The translations under genes and the position numbers were made by a program. From Pirellula staleyi DSM 6068 (GTDB lineage: Bacteria; Planctomycetota; Planctomycetia; Pirellulales; Pirellulaceae): a DNA stretch of 32,000 bases. Location of the stretch: the NCBI GenBank assembly GCA_000025185.1, contig CP001848.1, positions 2,190,001 through 2,222,000 on the forward strand, read 5' to 3'. Below are positions 1 to 8,720 of the stretch, in pieces. Within the stretch, counting starts at the first letter, position 1, and each line of letters starts with the position of its first letter. The notes under the pieces are model-generated. The model saw only the letters and a program-made list of their open reading frames with translations, made no database searches and was not told the origin of the DNA.

Positions 1-449
1 TTGCTCTTTCCGGTTCGTAGGGAAGTTGCCGCCAGCAGCGGGGTACTCGCGGGGAGAATTTCGCCAGATTCTTCCCCACCAATGCTTGTGAGCACTCCGT
101 GGGCGCGCTATACAATCGGGCGATCCGGGTGCTAGCACGGCGGGCTCCTGGCAGGGTACAGCGATTGGCATGGAACGATTTCTGCGACCTCGTCAGTTCT
201 CCGCTTCGACTTGCCCTAAGTGATTAAGGGGGGACCGTTTCCCGCTGTGGTCGGTTCTTCCTAGTTTCCGTGAGTTCCCCCGTCGGTGCCCTAAGACTGT
301 CCATTTGCTGCGCATCTAGGCAGAGGTGCACAAGAATGGGGCAACGGCCGCACTTTCGGACCTGCGGATTCCCGCAAGCCGTAGGTGCAAGTGGATTATG
401 GCTAAAGACTTCTGCTAGCGGACTATCGGCCGCTTGTTCGAACATTCTT

Positions 450-465
450 TGGCACGCAAGCTGCA
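450..465 (+). promoter_or_regulatory. candidate sigma-54 (RpoN) -24/-12 promoter for the GSIII gene
   Basis: TGGCACGcaagCTGCA at 450-465. The GG (451-452) and GC (463-464) doublets sit at the canonical spacing of the TGGCACG-N4-TTGCW consensus, with 7/7 matches in the -24 box and one mismatch (C for T) in the -12 box. It lies about 80 nt upstream of the GTG start of a nitrogen-assimilation gene. Confidence 0.5.
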
Positions 466-545
466 AATCAGACGCCGGTCTACGGGCTGAGTCCGTAGTT
501 AAAGGTTTCACCAATTGGTTTCTTAAGGGTAGGAGTAGACGTCAC

Positions 546-2729
546 GTGAGTGGAAGCACCGCCAGGTTGCAGGCAATCGCAGCCATAACGAACTACAAGT
601 CGACCGAGCCACCTCTGAATTTCAAAGAGGTCACGCCTCAGCAGGTGTTTGGTGCCAACGTCTTCACGCTGGCTCAGATGCAAGATCGACTTCCCAAGCC
701 GGTCTTCAAGTCGCTCAAGAAGGTGATCGAATCGGGCGCTAAGCTCGACCCCTCGGTAGCTGACGTCGTGGCCTCGGCCATGAAGGATTGGGCCATCGAG
801 AAGGGAGCCACTCACTACGCTCACATCTTCCAGCCTCTCACCGGTTTGACCGCTGAAAAGCACGACAGCTTCCTGTCGCCCGACGGTCAAGGTGGTGCGA
901 TTCTCGAATTCACGGGCTCGATGCTCGTGCAAGGCGAACCCGACGCGTCGAGCTTCCCTTCGGGGGGCATTCGGGCCACGTTTGAAGCGCGTGGTTACAC
1001 CGCTTGGGACGTCACCAGCCCGGCTTACATCCTCGAGAATGCCAACGGCACCACGCTCTGCATTCCCACGGCGTTTGTCAGCTGGACCGGCGAAGCGCTC
1101 GACAAGAAGACTCCGCTCCTCCGCTCGATGAAGGCCCTGAACGCTCAGGCCCAGCGCGTGCTGAAGGTGTTTGGTCACACCAACTGCACCCTCGTCTCGT
1201 CGTCGGCCGGTGCCGAACAGGAATACTTCCTGATCGACCGCAACTTCTTCTACGCTCGCCCCGACCTTCTGAATGCTTCGCGCACCCTGTTCGGTGCCAA
1301 GCCTCCGAAGGGTCAAGAGTTCGAAGATCAGTACTTCGGCGTGATCCCCGACCGCGTTCTCGCTTGCATGCTCGAGAGCGAACGCGAACTGTACAAGCAA
1401 GGCATTCCTGTGAAGACTCGCCACAATGAAGTGGCTCCTTCGCAGTACGAAATTGCCCCGGTGTACGAGAGCGCCAACATCGCTACCGACCATCAGCAAA
1501 TCGTGATGCTCACCCTCAAGCGCGTGGCTCAGAAGTATGGCATGGAATGCCTGCTGCACGAAAAGCCATTCGCCGGCGTGAACGGTTCGGGCAAGCACCT
1601 CAACTGGTCGCTCGGCAACAGCACGCAGGGCAACCTGCTTGAGCCAGGCGAAACTCCTCACGAGAACATGCAGTTCCTCGTGTTCTGCGCCGCTGTGATT
1701 CGTGGCGTGCACAAGTATTCGTCGCTCCTCCGCGCTGTGGTGGCTTCGGCCAACAACGATCACCGCCTCGGTGCCAACGAAGCTCCTCCTGCCATCATCT
1801 CGATCTTCCTCGGCGATCAACTCACCGATGTGTTCGAGCAGATCAAGGCTGGTGGTGCTAAGTCGTCGAAGCAGCCTGGTCACTTGACCGTCGGTGTCGA
1901 CACATTGCCTCCACTGCCAAAGCATGCTGGCGATCGCAACCGCACGAGCCCCTTTGCCTTCACCGGCAACAAGTTCGAATTCCGCGCTGTCGGCAGCAGC
2001 CAGTCGATCGCCGGTCCTCAGGTGGCCATCAACACCATCATGGCCGAATCGCTCGACTACGTGGCAACCGAGCTCGAAACAGCCACGGGTGGCGACCTCG
2101 CCAAGCTTCCAGGCGCTGTGCAGACCTTGCTCCAGAAGATCATCACCGAACACGGCGCAATCGTGTTCAACGGCGATGGCTACTCGCAAGCTTGGCATGA
2201 AGAAGCTGCGAAGCGTGGCTTGCCGAACCTCAAGACCAGCATCGACGCACTTCCAAGCCTCACGGCTCCCGAAGTGATCGCCCTGTTCGAGAAGTATGGC
2301 GTTCTGAGCCCACGCGAAGTTGCTTCGCGTCAGGACATCTACCTCGAGCAATACTGCAAGGTCGTCAGCACCGAAGCCAAGCTGGTGATCGAGATGGCTC
2401 GCACCATGATCTTCCCTGCTGCCGTTCGCTATCAGTCGCAGCTCGCAGCCGCTTGCACCAACCTGAAGACGCTCGGCTACACCTTCGACACCGACACGCT
2501 CGACGAAATCACTCGTCTCGTGAAGGGTCTGCAAGACTCGACGACCGCTCTCGAAAAGCAACTCGCGCACCACGGTGCTGCCAGCTTGCTCGACGAAGCA
2601 AAGCACTTCTGCTCCGCAGTTCTGCCTGCGATGCTGAAGGTTCGCGAGTATGCCGACAAGCTCGAAGGTCTGGTTGCCGACGATCTCTGGCCACTGCCGA
2701 CCTATCAAGAAATGCTCTTCATCAAGTAA
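546..2729 (+). CDS. glnN: glutamine synthetase type III (GSIII)
   Basis: The ORF is open over 270..2729. The product carries GSIII hallmarks as I recall them from Bacteroides/Synechocystis GlnN: [116 protein letters not shown] and the C-terminal [13 protein letters not shown]. Start is placed at GTG 546, with AGGAG at 531-535 ten nt upstream. This gives 727 aa, the usual GSIII size, and an N-terminus that lines up with homologues. The 92 codons in 270..545 have no GS counterpart. Confidence 0.9.
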   Translation: MSGSTARLQAIAAITNYKSTEPPLNFKEVTPQQVFGANVFTLAQMQDRLPKPVFKSLKKVIESGAKLDPSVADVVASAMKDWAIEKGATHYAHIFQPLTGLTAEKHDSFLSPDGQGGAILEFTGSMLVQGEPDASSFPSGGIRATFEARGYTAWDVTSPAYILENANGTTLCIPTAFVSWTGEALDKKTPLLRSMKALNAQAQRVLKVFGHTNCTLVSSSAGAEQEYFLIDRNFFYARPDLLNASRTLFGAKPPKGQEFEDQYFGVIPDRVLACMLESERELYKQGIPVKTRHNEVAPSQYEIAPVYESANIATDHQQIVMLTLKRVAQKYGMECLLHEKPFAGVNGSGKHLNWSLGNSTQGNLLEPGETPHENMQFLVFCAAVIRGVHKYSSLLRAVVASANNDHRLGANEAPPAIISIFLGDQLTDVFEQIKAGGAKSSKQPGHLTVGVDTLPPLPKHAGDRNRTSPFAFTGNKFEFRAVGSSQSIAGPQVAINTIMAESLDYVATELETATGGDLAKLPGAVQTLLQKIITEHGAIVFNGDGYSQAWHEEAAKRGLPNLKTSIDALPSLTAPEVIALFEKYGVLSPREVASRQDIYLEQYCKVVSTEAKLVIEMARTMIFPAAVRYQSQLAAACTNLKTLGYTFDTDTLDEITRLVKGLQDSTTALEKQLAHHGAASLLDEAKHFCSAVLPAMLKVREYADKLEGLVADDLWPLPTYQEMLFIK

Positions 2730-2810
2730 TCGATCCGTCGATTGCTCGAAGCGCTATGCGACAGAAAAACTCCGCTGCAAGTCCAGTGACTTGCAGCACC
2801 TGAAACTTGC

Positions 2811-2853
2811 GAGCGGAAGGAATCACCAAGTTCCTTCCGCTCGTTGTTTTTTC
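2811..2853 (+). terminator. rho-independent terminator after glnN
   Basis: Perfect 12-bp stem gagcggaaggaa (2811-2822) / ttccttccgctc (2831-2842) with an 8-nt loop, followed by gttgttttttc. A second perfect 9-bp hairpin gctgcaagt/acttgcagc lies just upstream at 2774-2797. Confidence 0.75.
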
Positions 2854-2957
2854 GGTCTCTATGTTTTGATCTCGATATTTTTGCACCGCGCAAGAGCGGC
2901 TTTCGTAGCGTTCCTTAGGCAAGATCGCTCTCGTTAGCCAGCGCGATTGCAAACTTC

Positions 2958-2973
2958 TGGCGCAAGATTCGCC
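2958..2973 (+). promoter_or_regulatory. weak sigma-54-like -24/-12 element upstream of glnA
   Basis: TGGCGCaagatTCGCC has GG (2959-2960) and GC (2971-2972) at canonical spacing. The match to TGGCAC-N5-TTGC is weaker (TCGC in the -12 box). It lies about 75 nt upstream of GTG 3046. Confidence 0.25.
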
Positions 2974-3045
2974 CTGGAACTTCTAGGGAGCGTCTTGGCT
3001 CTGCTCTCTCGTGTTCTCTGGCCAATAGACAAAGGGCGGTTTGTC

Positions 3046-4458
3046 GTGACACCTCGAGAAGTTCTGGCGCTTTGCCGCGAAAAAGATGTGAAGGCGGTCG
3101 ATCTTCGCTTCACCGATTTGCTCGGAACATGGCACCATTTCACGGTTCCTGTCAGCAAGCTCGACGAAGATATTTTTGAAGAGGGACTCGGCTTCGATGG
3201 CAGTAGCTTGCGCGGCTGGCAAGCGATTCACGAGAGCGACATGCTCGCCATTCCGCAGCCCGAGACAGCCTTTCTCGATCCGTTTGCAGCTCTCCCAACT
3301 CTCGCGCTGATTTGCAGCATTCAAGATCCGATTACGGGCGAACTCTACAGCCGCGATCCACGCCACATCGCGATCAAAGCCGAGAACTATTTGCGAAGCA
3401 CCGGCATTGCTGACACGGTCTATCTGGGACCTGAAGCCGAGTTCTTCGTGTTCGACGATGCCCGCTTCGATCAGAATGGTCACGAGGCGTTTTATCACGT
3501 CGATAGTAGCGAAGGGGCTTGGAATCGTGGACGGGCCGAGTCGCCCAACTTGGGCTACAAGCTGCGCTCGAAGGAAGGCTATTTTCCTTGTCCTCCCAGC
3601 GATCAGCTGATGGATCTGCGCAACGAGATGATGCAGACGATGATCGACTGCGGGCTCGACGTCGAAGCTCAGCATCACGAGGTAGCAAGTGGCGGTCAGT
3701 GCGAGATCGACCTGAAGTTTCAACCTCTCGTGCAGATGGCCGACTGGATGATGAAGTACAAGTACATCGTCCGCAACGTGGCCCATCGGCGCGGACGTGT
3801 AGCGACCTTCATGCCCAAACCGCTGTTTGGCGACAATGGCAGCGGCATGCACACCCACTTCTCCTTTTGGCGCGAGGATCAGCCTCTCTTTGCTGGCGGC
3901 GGCTATGCCGGTCTGAGTGAAATGGGGCTCTACGCCGTGGGTGGTGTCCTTCGACATGCGCCAGCCATTTTGGCCCTCACCAATCCGACCACTAACAGCT
4001 ACAAGCGACTCGTTCCTGGTTACGAAGCGCCAGTGAATCTGGCGTATTCACAGCGGAACCGGAGCGCGGCGTGTCGCATTCCGATGTATAGCCAGTCCCC
4101 CAAGAGCAAACGGGTCGAATTCCGCTGCCCCGACCCCACCTGCAATCCCTATCTCGCATTCGCTGCGATCATCATGGCTGCGATCGATGGCATTCAGCTG
4201 AAGCTGCATCCCGGCCAGCCGATCGACAAGGATATTTACGAGCTCACCCCGGCCGACTTGGCAGCGGTTGCCAAAGCGCCCGCCTCACTCGAGGACTCGC
4301 TCAAGGCACTGGAGCAAGATCATGAGTTCCTCTTGCGCGATGATGTGTTTACTCCGGATGTGATCAGCACCTGGATCGAGTACAAACGGAAGCATGAAGT
4401 CGATGCCATGCGACTTCGTCCCCACCCTTACGAATTCTGCTTGTACTTCGATGCATAG
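3046..4458 (+). CDS. glnA: glutamine synthetase type I (GSI)
   Basis: Motifs [74 protein letters not shown] and [12 protein letters not shown]. Tyr in DKDIYELTP aligns with the adenylylation Tyr region of E. coli GlnA (DKNLYDLPP). Start is placed at GTG 3046, so the N-terminus ([23 protein letters not shown]) aligns with E. coli [23 protein letters not shown] and the length is 470 aa. The ORF is open from 2947. Confidence 0.92.
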   Translation: MTPREVLALCREKDVKAVDLRFTDLLGTWHHFTVPVSKLDEDIFEEGLGFDGSSLRGWQAIHESDMLAIPQPETAFLDPFAALPTLALICSIQDPITGELYSRDPRHIAIKAENYLRSTGIADTVYLGPEAEFFVFDDARFDQNGHEAFYHVDSSEGAWNRGRAESPNLGYKLRSKEGYFPCPPSDQLMDLRNEMMQTMIDCGLDVEAQHHEVASGGQCEIDLKFQPLVQMADWMMKYKYIVRNVAHRRGRVATFMPKPLFGDNGSGMHTHFSFWREDQPLFAGGGYAGLSEMGLYAVGGVLRHAPAILALTNPTTNSYKRLVPGYEAPVNLAYSQRNRSAACRIPMYSQSPKSKRVEFRCPDPTCNPYLAFAAIIMAAIDGIQLKLHPGQPIDKDIYELTPADLAAVAKAPASLEDSLKALEQDHEFLLRDDVFTPDVISTWIEYKRKHEVDAMRLRPHPYEFCLYFDA

Positions 4459-4598
4459 CGCGCGTCGCGCGACAAGCTGCTGAACTTAATAGCTGACAGT
4501 CGCAGCAGTTGTCTGGCATCGTCAGCGCGCTAGGTCTTCCGGCGATAGGCTCGCAGTGATCTCCCTCTCCCGTTTCATCATGCTTGTGAGAATGCCTC

Positions 4599-5342
4599 AT
4601 GGATAGTGCCACGATTACGGCGGAAACACTCAAAACGCTGGCTAAGTTCGATACGCCGACGATCTGTAACGTGATCGAGCTGTTTGAAGTTCGCCCACGT
4701 AACACGGGGTATATGAGCGCGGCGGTGAAGAGCAATTTTCCCGAGCTGCCACCGATGGTTGGCTTTGCAGCGACCGCTTCGTTCCGCAGCGATGCTCCAC
4801 CCGTGGGAGGCGATGCCTACGGCAGTTTGCAGAAGCAACTTGATCAGTTCGCCAAACTCCCTGGGCCTGCCGTCGTGGTATTTCAAGACCTCGACGATCC
4901 ACCTGTGGCGGCCGTGTTTGGCGAAGTGATGTGCAGCACCTATCGCGCTTTTGGTTCCGCAGGTCTGGTGACAGGTGGAGCGGGACGCGATCTCGAGCAA
5001 GTTCGCGCGCTCAAGTATCCGGTGTTTACCGGGAGCACGATTTGCTCGCACGGCTATTGCCACATGCTGCATCTGGGAATGCCGGTGCGCGTCGGGGGAC
5101 TGATGGTCAATCAGTCCGATCTGCTGCATGGCGATGCCAATGGCGTGACGAATATTCCCCTCAGCATCGCTACGGAAGTGGCCGATATTTCGGCCGAATT
5201 CCTGGCGATCGAAGAGATTCTGATGGGCTATGTGAAAGCCCCAGGTGAAAAGTCGCGCGAGAAGTACGACGAACTGCGGAAGCTGTTTCAGTCGGAAGTT
5301 GCCAAGCTGACGAAACGTGTTTCGCGCGGGCTTTCGAAATAG
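4599..5342 (+). CDS. RraA-like / HMG-CHA aldolase family protein
   Basis: 247-aa ORF with an ATG start. The core FQDLDDPPVAAVFGEVMCSTYRAFGSAGLVTGGAGRDLEQV resembles the RraA/aldolase family pattern (A.fGe...a...G..G.v.dG..RD). It is not possible to distinguish RNase E regulator from aldolase/decarboxylase function from sequence alone. Confidence 0.75.
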   Translation: MDSATITAETLKTLAKFDTPTICNVIELFEVRPRNTGYMSAAVKSNFPELPPMVGFAATASFRSDAPPVGGDAYGSLQKQLDQFAKLPGPAVVVFQDLDDPPVAAVFGEVMCSTYRAFGSAGLVTGGAGRDLEQVRALKYPVFTGSTICSHGYCHMLHLGMPVRVGGLMVNQSDLLHGDANGVTNIPLSIATEVADISAEFLAIEEILMGYVKAPGEKSREKYDELRKLFQSEVAKLTKRVSRGLSK

Positions 5343-5377
5343 ACACGCGCTGAAACGCACCTCGCTGAGCCACTCAA

Positions 5378-7297
5378 CTACGCCTTCCGAATGAAGTCGG
5401 CGGCGTAGCTTCGGACTTGCTTGCCATTGAGCACATGCATTTGCCGGAGCTGGCTCACCGTCGCATCGCTGAACTGCTGCAGCGACAAGTGCACCAGCTT
5501 CTTGCCGAAGTGTCGCGCGAGTTTTCGCCAACCGGCTCCGGGCGCTTGAGGGCTCACCAGCACCACGTGGGGCGATCGGCTGTGCATACAGGCCGCCGCG
5601 ATCAAACGCTGCTCGAGCGTTTCCGTGAAGTCGAGCATCTCATCGTTCCAGATGTCCTCGATCGCCACCGGAGGATAAATGAACATCGCGCCGCCATAAG
5701 TTGCCAGCGCAATGCCAGGCCCGACCATCTCTTGGCGAAAATCGGTAGCGAAGAATGCCAGCGTCGATTCTTCGTTGTGCTCGGCGAACCAGGTGCTGCG
5801 CCACGGATAATCGCGCGGGTCGGCCGGTGTATCAAACAGCATCACCACCGCATCGAGACGACCCCGTGCAGGGGGCAGGATCTTGACGTAGATCTGATTG
5901 TCGTACCAGTGCCGCAAGGTGTCGCGGATATCGATCCCATCCATGATGCTGGTCGTGAATTTTTCGGTGCGAGCCAAGTCGGCACCAATCGCCGCTTGGG
6001 CACGGTCCATCACGTGAGCACGAAAGTTTTCGATCACTTCATCTTCGGGGGGCCAGCTGCACTGCGAGAAGGGGTTCCATTTCATCTGCCATTCGTCGAG
6101 CTCTTTTCGCTCAGGACGTCGCGACAGCTGACAGGTGCGCCACTCGAGCGGCGCACCGGGCAAGCGGCTCACCAAATCGACGATATCGCCGGAAGGCAAC
6201 TCAGCCGCATGCACACCGAGCCGCGCTATCGGAAGGTCGATCGGCTCCGAGAGGAGTGGATACTCCCGCGATTTCTCGGCCACATGGAGCGCAAAGTAGT
6301 CGCCGCAGATCTGCTTGGCGGCGGTGACAATCGCATACAGGTCGGGCGACAGTCGGCTGTGGAACAGCGTGAGGTTGCGAATGTAGTGCAGCACCTGTCG
6401 CAGATCGCGGGGAGAGATTTTGCGAGCTCGTTTGCCAAGTTCGTTGCGATAGCTCACGCGCGCATCGAGCAGCAGTTGCTTCACCCCATCGATCGAGAGA
6501 TTCTCGTCGTCTTCGAGTTCGATCCGAGCCCGCTCGTAGAGACTGGTGATGTAGGGCAATTCGCCGAGCATGAACATCAGCGTGCGCGGCTCGATCTGCA
6601 TCCGCTCGGTCGGGCCAACCTCTTCGTGCACAGCTGTCGATGGTTCGCTCGACAAAAAGGCTTCACGAATCCAGGGCCAGTCGAGCACCGAAACAACAAA
6701 CAAGATTTTGCGATACTCGATCGAAAGCTCACGCAGTTCGGCAGCCATGTGCGCAATCCGCGCGATCTGCTGGGGATGAGTGGGGCGCTCGATGCTGGGC
6801 AAGACTGCAGCGGCAAATCGTTCGAGCGAAACCTTTTTGAGCGCGTAGGGGTCGGGGAGCACCGCCGTATGCGGAATGAATTCGTTGGTTTCGAGATCGA
6901 TGAATTCGACCGGCAAGCGTTCGGATAATGCAAATCGAAGCGCGGCGATCACCGGCTGACAGGGATCGATCGGCACGTACGAAACGATCTCGTCGTCGAC
7001 AGGTTCGCCGAGCGATTCCCCTTCGATTTCTTCTTCGGAATAGAGATATTCGTCGGCTTCAGCGCTCGATTCTTTCCACGTCGCGGTGGGGCGCTGAATC
7101 ACCATCGTGGGATGCGGGAGCTGACGAATCGCCGAAAGCACATCGGCGCGAAACGACAAGGGAAGGGGGACCGCCACGCAGTCGAACGATTCTTCGAGCA
7201 GGAGTCGACGAACCGCCAACATCGAATCGCCACTTCCGTGCACAACCGGGGCACAGATCACGTGGGGACCAATTTTGAGGACTTCCGAAACGGTCAT
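5378..7297 (-). CDS. large conserved hypothetical protein with a TraB/Tiki-superfamily-like (DUF5682-like) N-terminal region
   Basis: Long ORF 5378..7366 with coding-like third-position G/C bias. ATG at 7297 is preferred over the TTG at 7366, which directly abuts the upstream stop. The N-terminus VICAPVVHGSGDSMLAVRRLLLEESFDCVAVPLP, then VEFIDLE, then RIAHMAAELREL..ILFVVSVLDWPWI follow the order of TraB/DUF5682 motifs as I recall them (GxxHxS, D.V.VE.P, MA..L, GaGH), but in degenerate form. An acidic insert (YSEEEIEGESLGEPVDDE) is present. The family call is low confidence; the CDS call is high. Confidence 0.8.
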   Translation of the reverse strand: MTVSEVLKIGPHVICAPVVHGSGDSMLAVRRLLLEESFDCVAVPLPLSFRADVLSAIRQLPHPTMVIQRPTATWKESSAEADEYLYSEEEIEGESLGEPVDDEIVSYVPIDPCQPVIAALRFALSERLPVEFIDLETNEFIPHTAVLPDPYALKKVSLERFAAAVLPSIERPTHPQQIARIAHMAAELRELSIEYRKILFVVSVLDWPWIREAFLSSEPSTAVHEEVGPTERMQIEPRTLMFMLGELPYITSLYERARIELEDDENLSIDGVKQLLLDARVSYRNELGKRARKISPRDLRQVLHYIRNLTLFHSRLSPDLYAIVTAAKQICGDYFALHVAEKSREYPLLSEPIDLPIARLGVHAAELPSGDIVDLVSRLPGAPLEWRTCQLSRRPERKELDEWQMKWNPFSQCSWPPEDEVIENFRAHVMDRAQAAIGADLARTEKFTTSIMDGIDIRDTLRHWYDNQIYVKILPPARGRLDAVVMLFDTPADPRDYPWRSTWFAEHNEESTLAFFATDFRQEMVGPGIALATYGGAMFIYPPVAIEDIWNDEMLDFTETLEQRLIAAACMHSRSPHVVLVSPQAPGAGWRKLARHFGKKLVHLSLQQFSDATVSQLRQMHVLNGKQVRSYAADFIRKA

Positions 7298-7366
7298 GGC
7301 GATCGCTCTTTTCAGGTAACGTTTGCTCGTCGTCGACAGGTTCGCAGTTCTGCGGCGCAACTTCAA

Positions 7367-8266
7367 CTAGCGTCGAAAAAATTCCAGCAGCAACTCGTTC
7401 ACTCGGTGCGGTTCTTCATGCTGAATCCAGTGGGTCGCTTCCTCGAAGAAATGCAGCGTTCCCTGATCGCAGCAATCGATGCTCGGCTGAGCCATTTCAC
7501 GCGCGAGAAACTGATCGCGGCAACCCCACAGCATGAGGGTGGCTGGTGTGATTCGCGGCGGCATCGCGGTCTCTTGTCCATAGCGAAAAGCGGCGCGATA
7601 CCAGTGCAGCATTGTGGTGTAGGCTCCGGGAATGCTCCACAGTTCGGCATAAGCAGCCAGCTCGGCGTCGGTGAAGGTCCCCGCGCGACTCGACTCTGTC
7701 AGGGCTTTGCGTAGCGGCGCGAACTGATGACGGCGAGCCATCAGTTCCGGAAGCCAGGGGAGCTGAAACACGAGCATGTACCAACTTTTGAAAAACTGAC
7801 GCAGGCTGGTCCGTAGTACCTTGCGCATCACCAAAGGGTGCGGCACATTCAGGATCGCAAGTTTGGCAACGACGGCGGGGATCGTGGCGGCGAGGTACCA
7901 GGCGACCGCAGCTCCCCAGTCGTGCCCGACAACAATCGCTTGCGAGCGCCCCTGCTGATGAATCAGATCGGCCACATCGCCAGCCAGGTGATCGAGTCGA
8001 TAGTCGCGCACGTGCGGTGGCTTGCTACTACCGGCATAGCCTCGCTGATTCGGCGCGACGACTCGAAAACCGGCTGCTGCCAGCGGAACGATTTGATGTC
8101 GCCAGCCGAGATAGCTTTCGGGAAAACCGTGGAGCAATACCACCAGCGGAGCAGTCGGATCGCCAGCTGAAGCGATCTCGAGTTCGGCGTTTCGCAGCTG
8201 AACTTTTGAAAACGAGATCCCGGCAGCTTCGAGCTCCGTTTGCAGGTTGGCCAGTGCGCGGGACAT
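7367..8266 (-). CDS. alpha/beta-fold hydrolase, epoxide hydrolase / haloalkane dehalogenase-like
   Basis: HGFP oxyanion motif (VVLLHGFPESYLGWRHQ), Asp-nucleophile elbow VVGHDWGAAVAW, cap motif SWYMLVFQLPWLPE and a C-terminal catalytic His region (EEATHWIQHEEP). 299 aa. Confidence 0.88.
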   Translation of the reverse strand: MSRALANLQTELEAAGISFSKVQLRNAELEIASAGDPTAPLVVLLHGFPESYLGWRHQIVPLAAAGFRVVAPNQRGYAGSSKPPHVRDYRLDHLAGDVADLIHQQGRSQAIVVGHDWGAAVAWYLAATIPAVVAKLAILNVPHPLVMRKVLRTSLRQFFKSWYMLVFQLPWLPELMARRHQFAPLRKALTESSRAGTFTDAELAAYAELWSIPGAYTTMLHWYRAAFRYGQETAMPPRITPATLMLWGCRDQFLAREMAQPSIDCCDQGTLHFFEEATHWIQHEEPHRVNELLLEFFRR

Positions 8267-8292
8267 GCTTCAACTTCCAGCGCGGCAAAAAA

Positions 8293-8619
8293 CTACTTGG
8301 GCTCGAACTGGGTGCATTCGAACTTGTCACCCACCGAGCGCAGTTTTTGCTCATCGGCTGGGGAGATGCTGCTCGCCTGATAACGCAAGTATTGCCAGCT
8401 CCAGGTGACTTCGATGGAAGCCAATTCGGCATCGATCATCAAAGAGCCGGGGAGTTCGTGATGCTTCGGGAACTCGACTTTCAAGGCATCGAGCATTTCT
8501 TTGATCGGCAGGTCGATCAGCCCTTCCACCTCTTCTCCCCAAATGAATTCCTGCGCGATCGCAGGAGGCTGTTTAGGAAAGGGGATGGGGGATTTCCACT
8601 GAAAAAGTTGGTAGGGCAT
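8293..8619 (-). CDS. small hypothetical protein (108 aa)
   Basis: ATG-initiated ORF with G/C-rich third codon positions like its neighbours. It ends 26 nt upstream of the hydrolase gene on the same strand. No motif recognised. Confidence 0.6.
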   Translation of the reverse strand: MPYQLFQWKSPIPFPKQPPAIAQEFIWGEEVEGLIDLPIKEMLDALKVEFPKHHELPGSLMIDAELASIEVTWSWQYLRYQASSISPADEQKLRSVGDKFECTQFEPK

Positions 8620-8720
8620 GGCGAAATCGGCCTCAGGTGTTGGGGCTACGGTGAGCTATATTTCTACTCGCTATTGTAGCGAGCTTTAGGCCGACGGTTT
8701 CTTGCAGCGGAGAATCGAGC

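Noticed and set aside
81-92. Shared 11-mer atgcttgtgag at 82-92 and 4580-4590, upstream of glnN and the RraA-like gene
   Set aside because: Over a hundred 11-mer coincidences are expected by chance in a 32-kb window counting both strands, and the second copy is too close to the start codon to be a -35 element.
224-514. 96-aa minus-strand ORF in the glnN upstream region
   Set aside because: It has no motif, an atypical composition, and overlaps the candidate promoter and leader. It is probably a chance ORF.
510-519. Perfect 10-bp palindrome ACCAATTGGT between the sigma-54-like element and the glnN start (also GTCGCGCGAC at about 4466-4475)
   Set aside because: About 30 perfect 10-bp palindromes are expected by chance in 32 kb, so position alone gives no support for an operator.
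270-545. N-terminal 92-codon extension of the GSIII ORF starting at ATG 270
   Set aside because: The encoded peptide is Cys/Arg/Ser-rich with no counterpart in GSIII proteins and would make the protein about 90 aa too long. GTG 546 with an upstream AGGAG gives the family-typical length, and the sigma-54-like element would lie inside the extension.
480-2708. 742-aa ORF antisense to the whole GSIII gene
   Set aside because: This is a shadow ORF. The sense strand has unmistakable GSIII motifs, while the antisense product is Arg/Gly/Val/Leu/Glu/Ala/His-rich with no recognisable motif. Long antisense frames are expected when the sense codons TTA/CTA/TCA are rare in a GC-rich genome.
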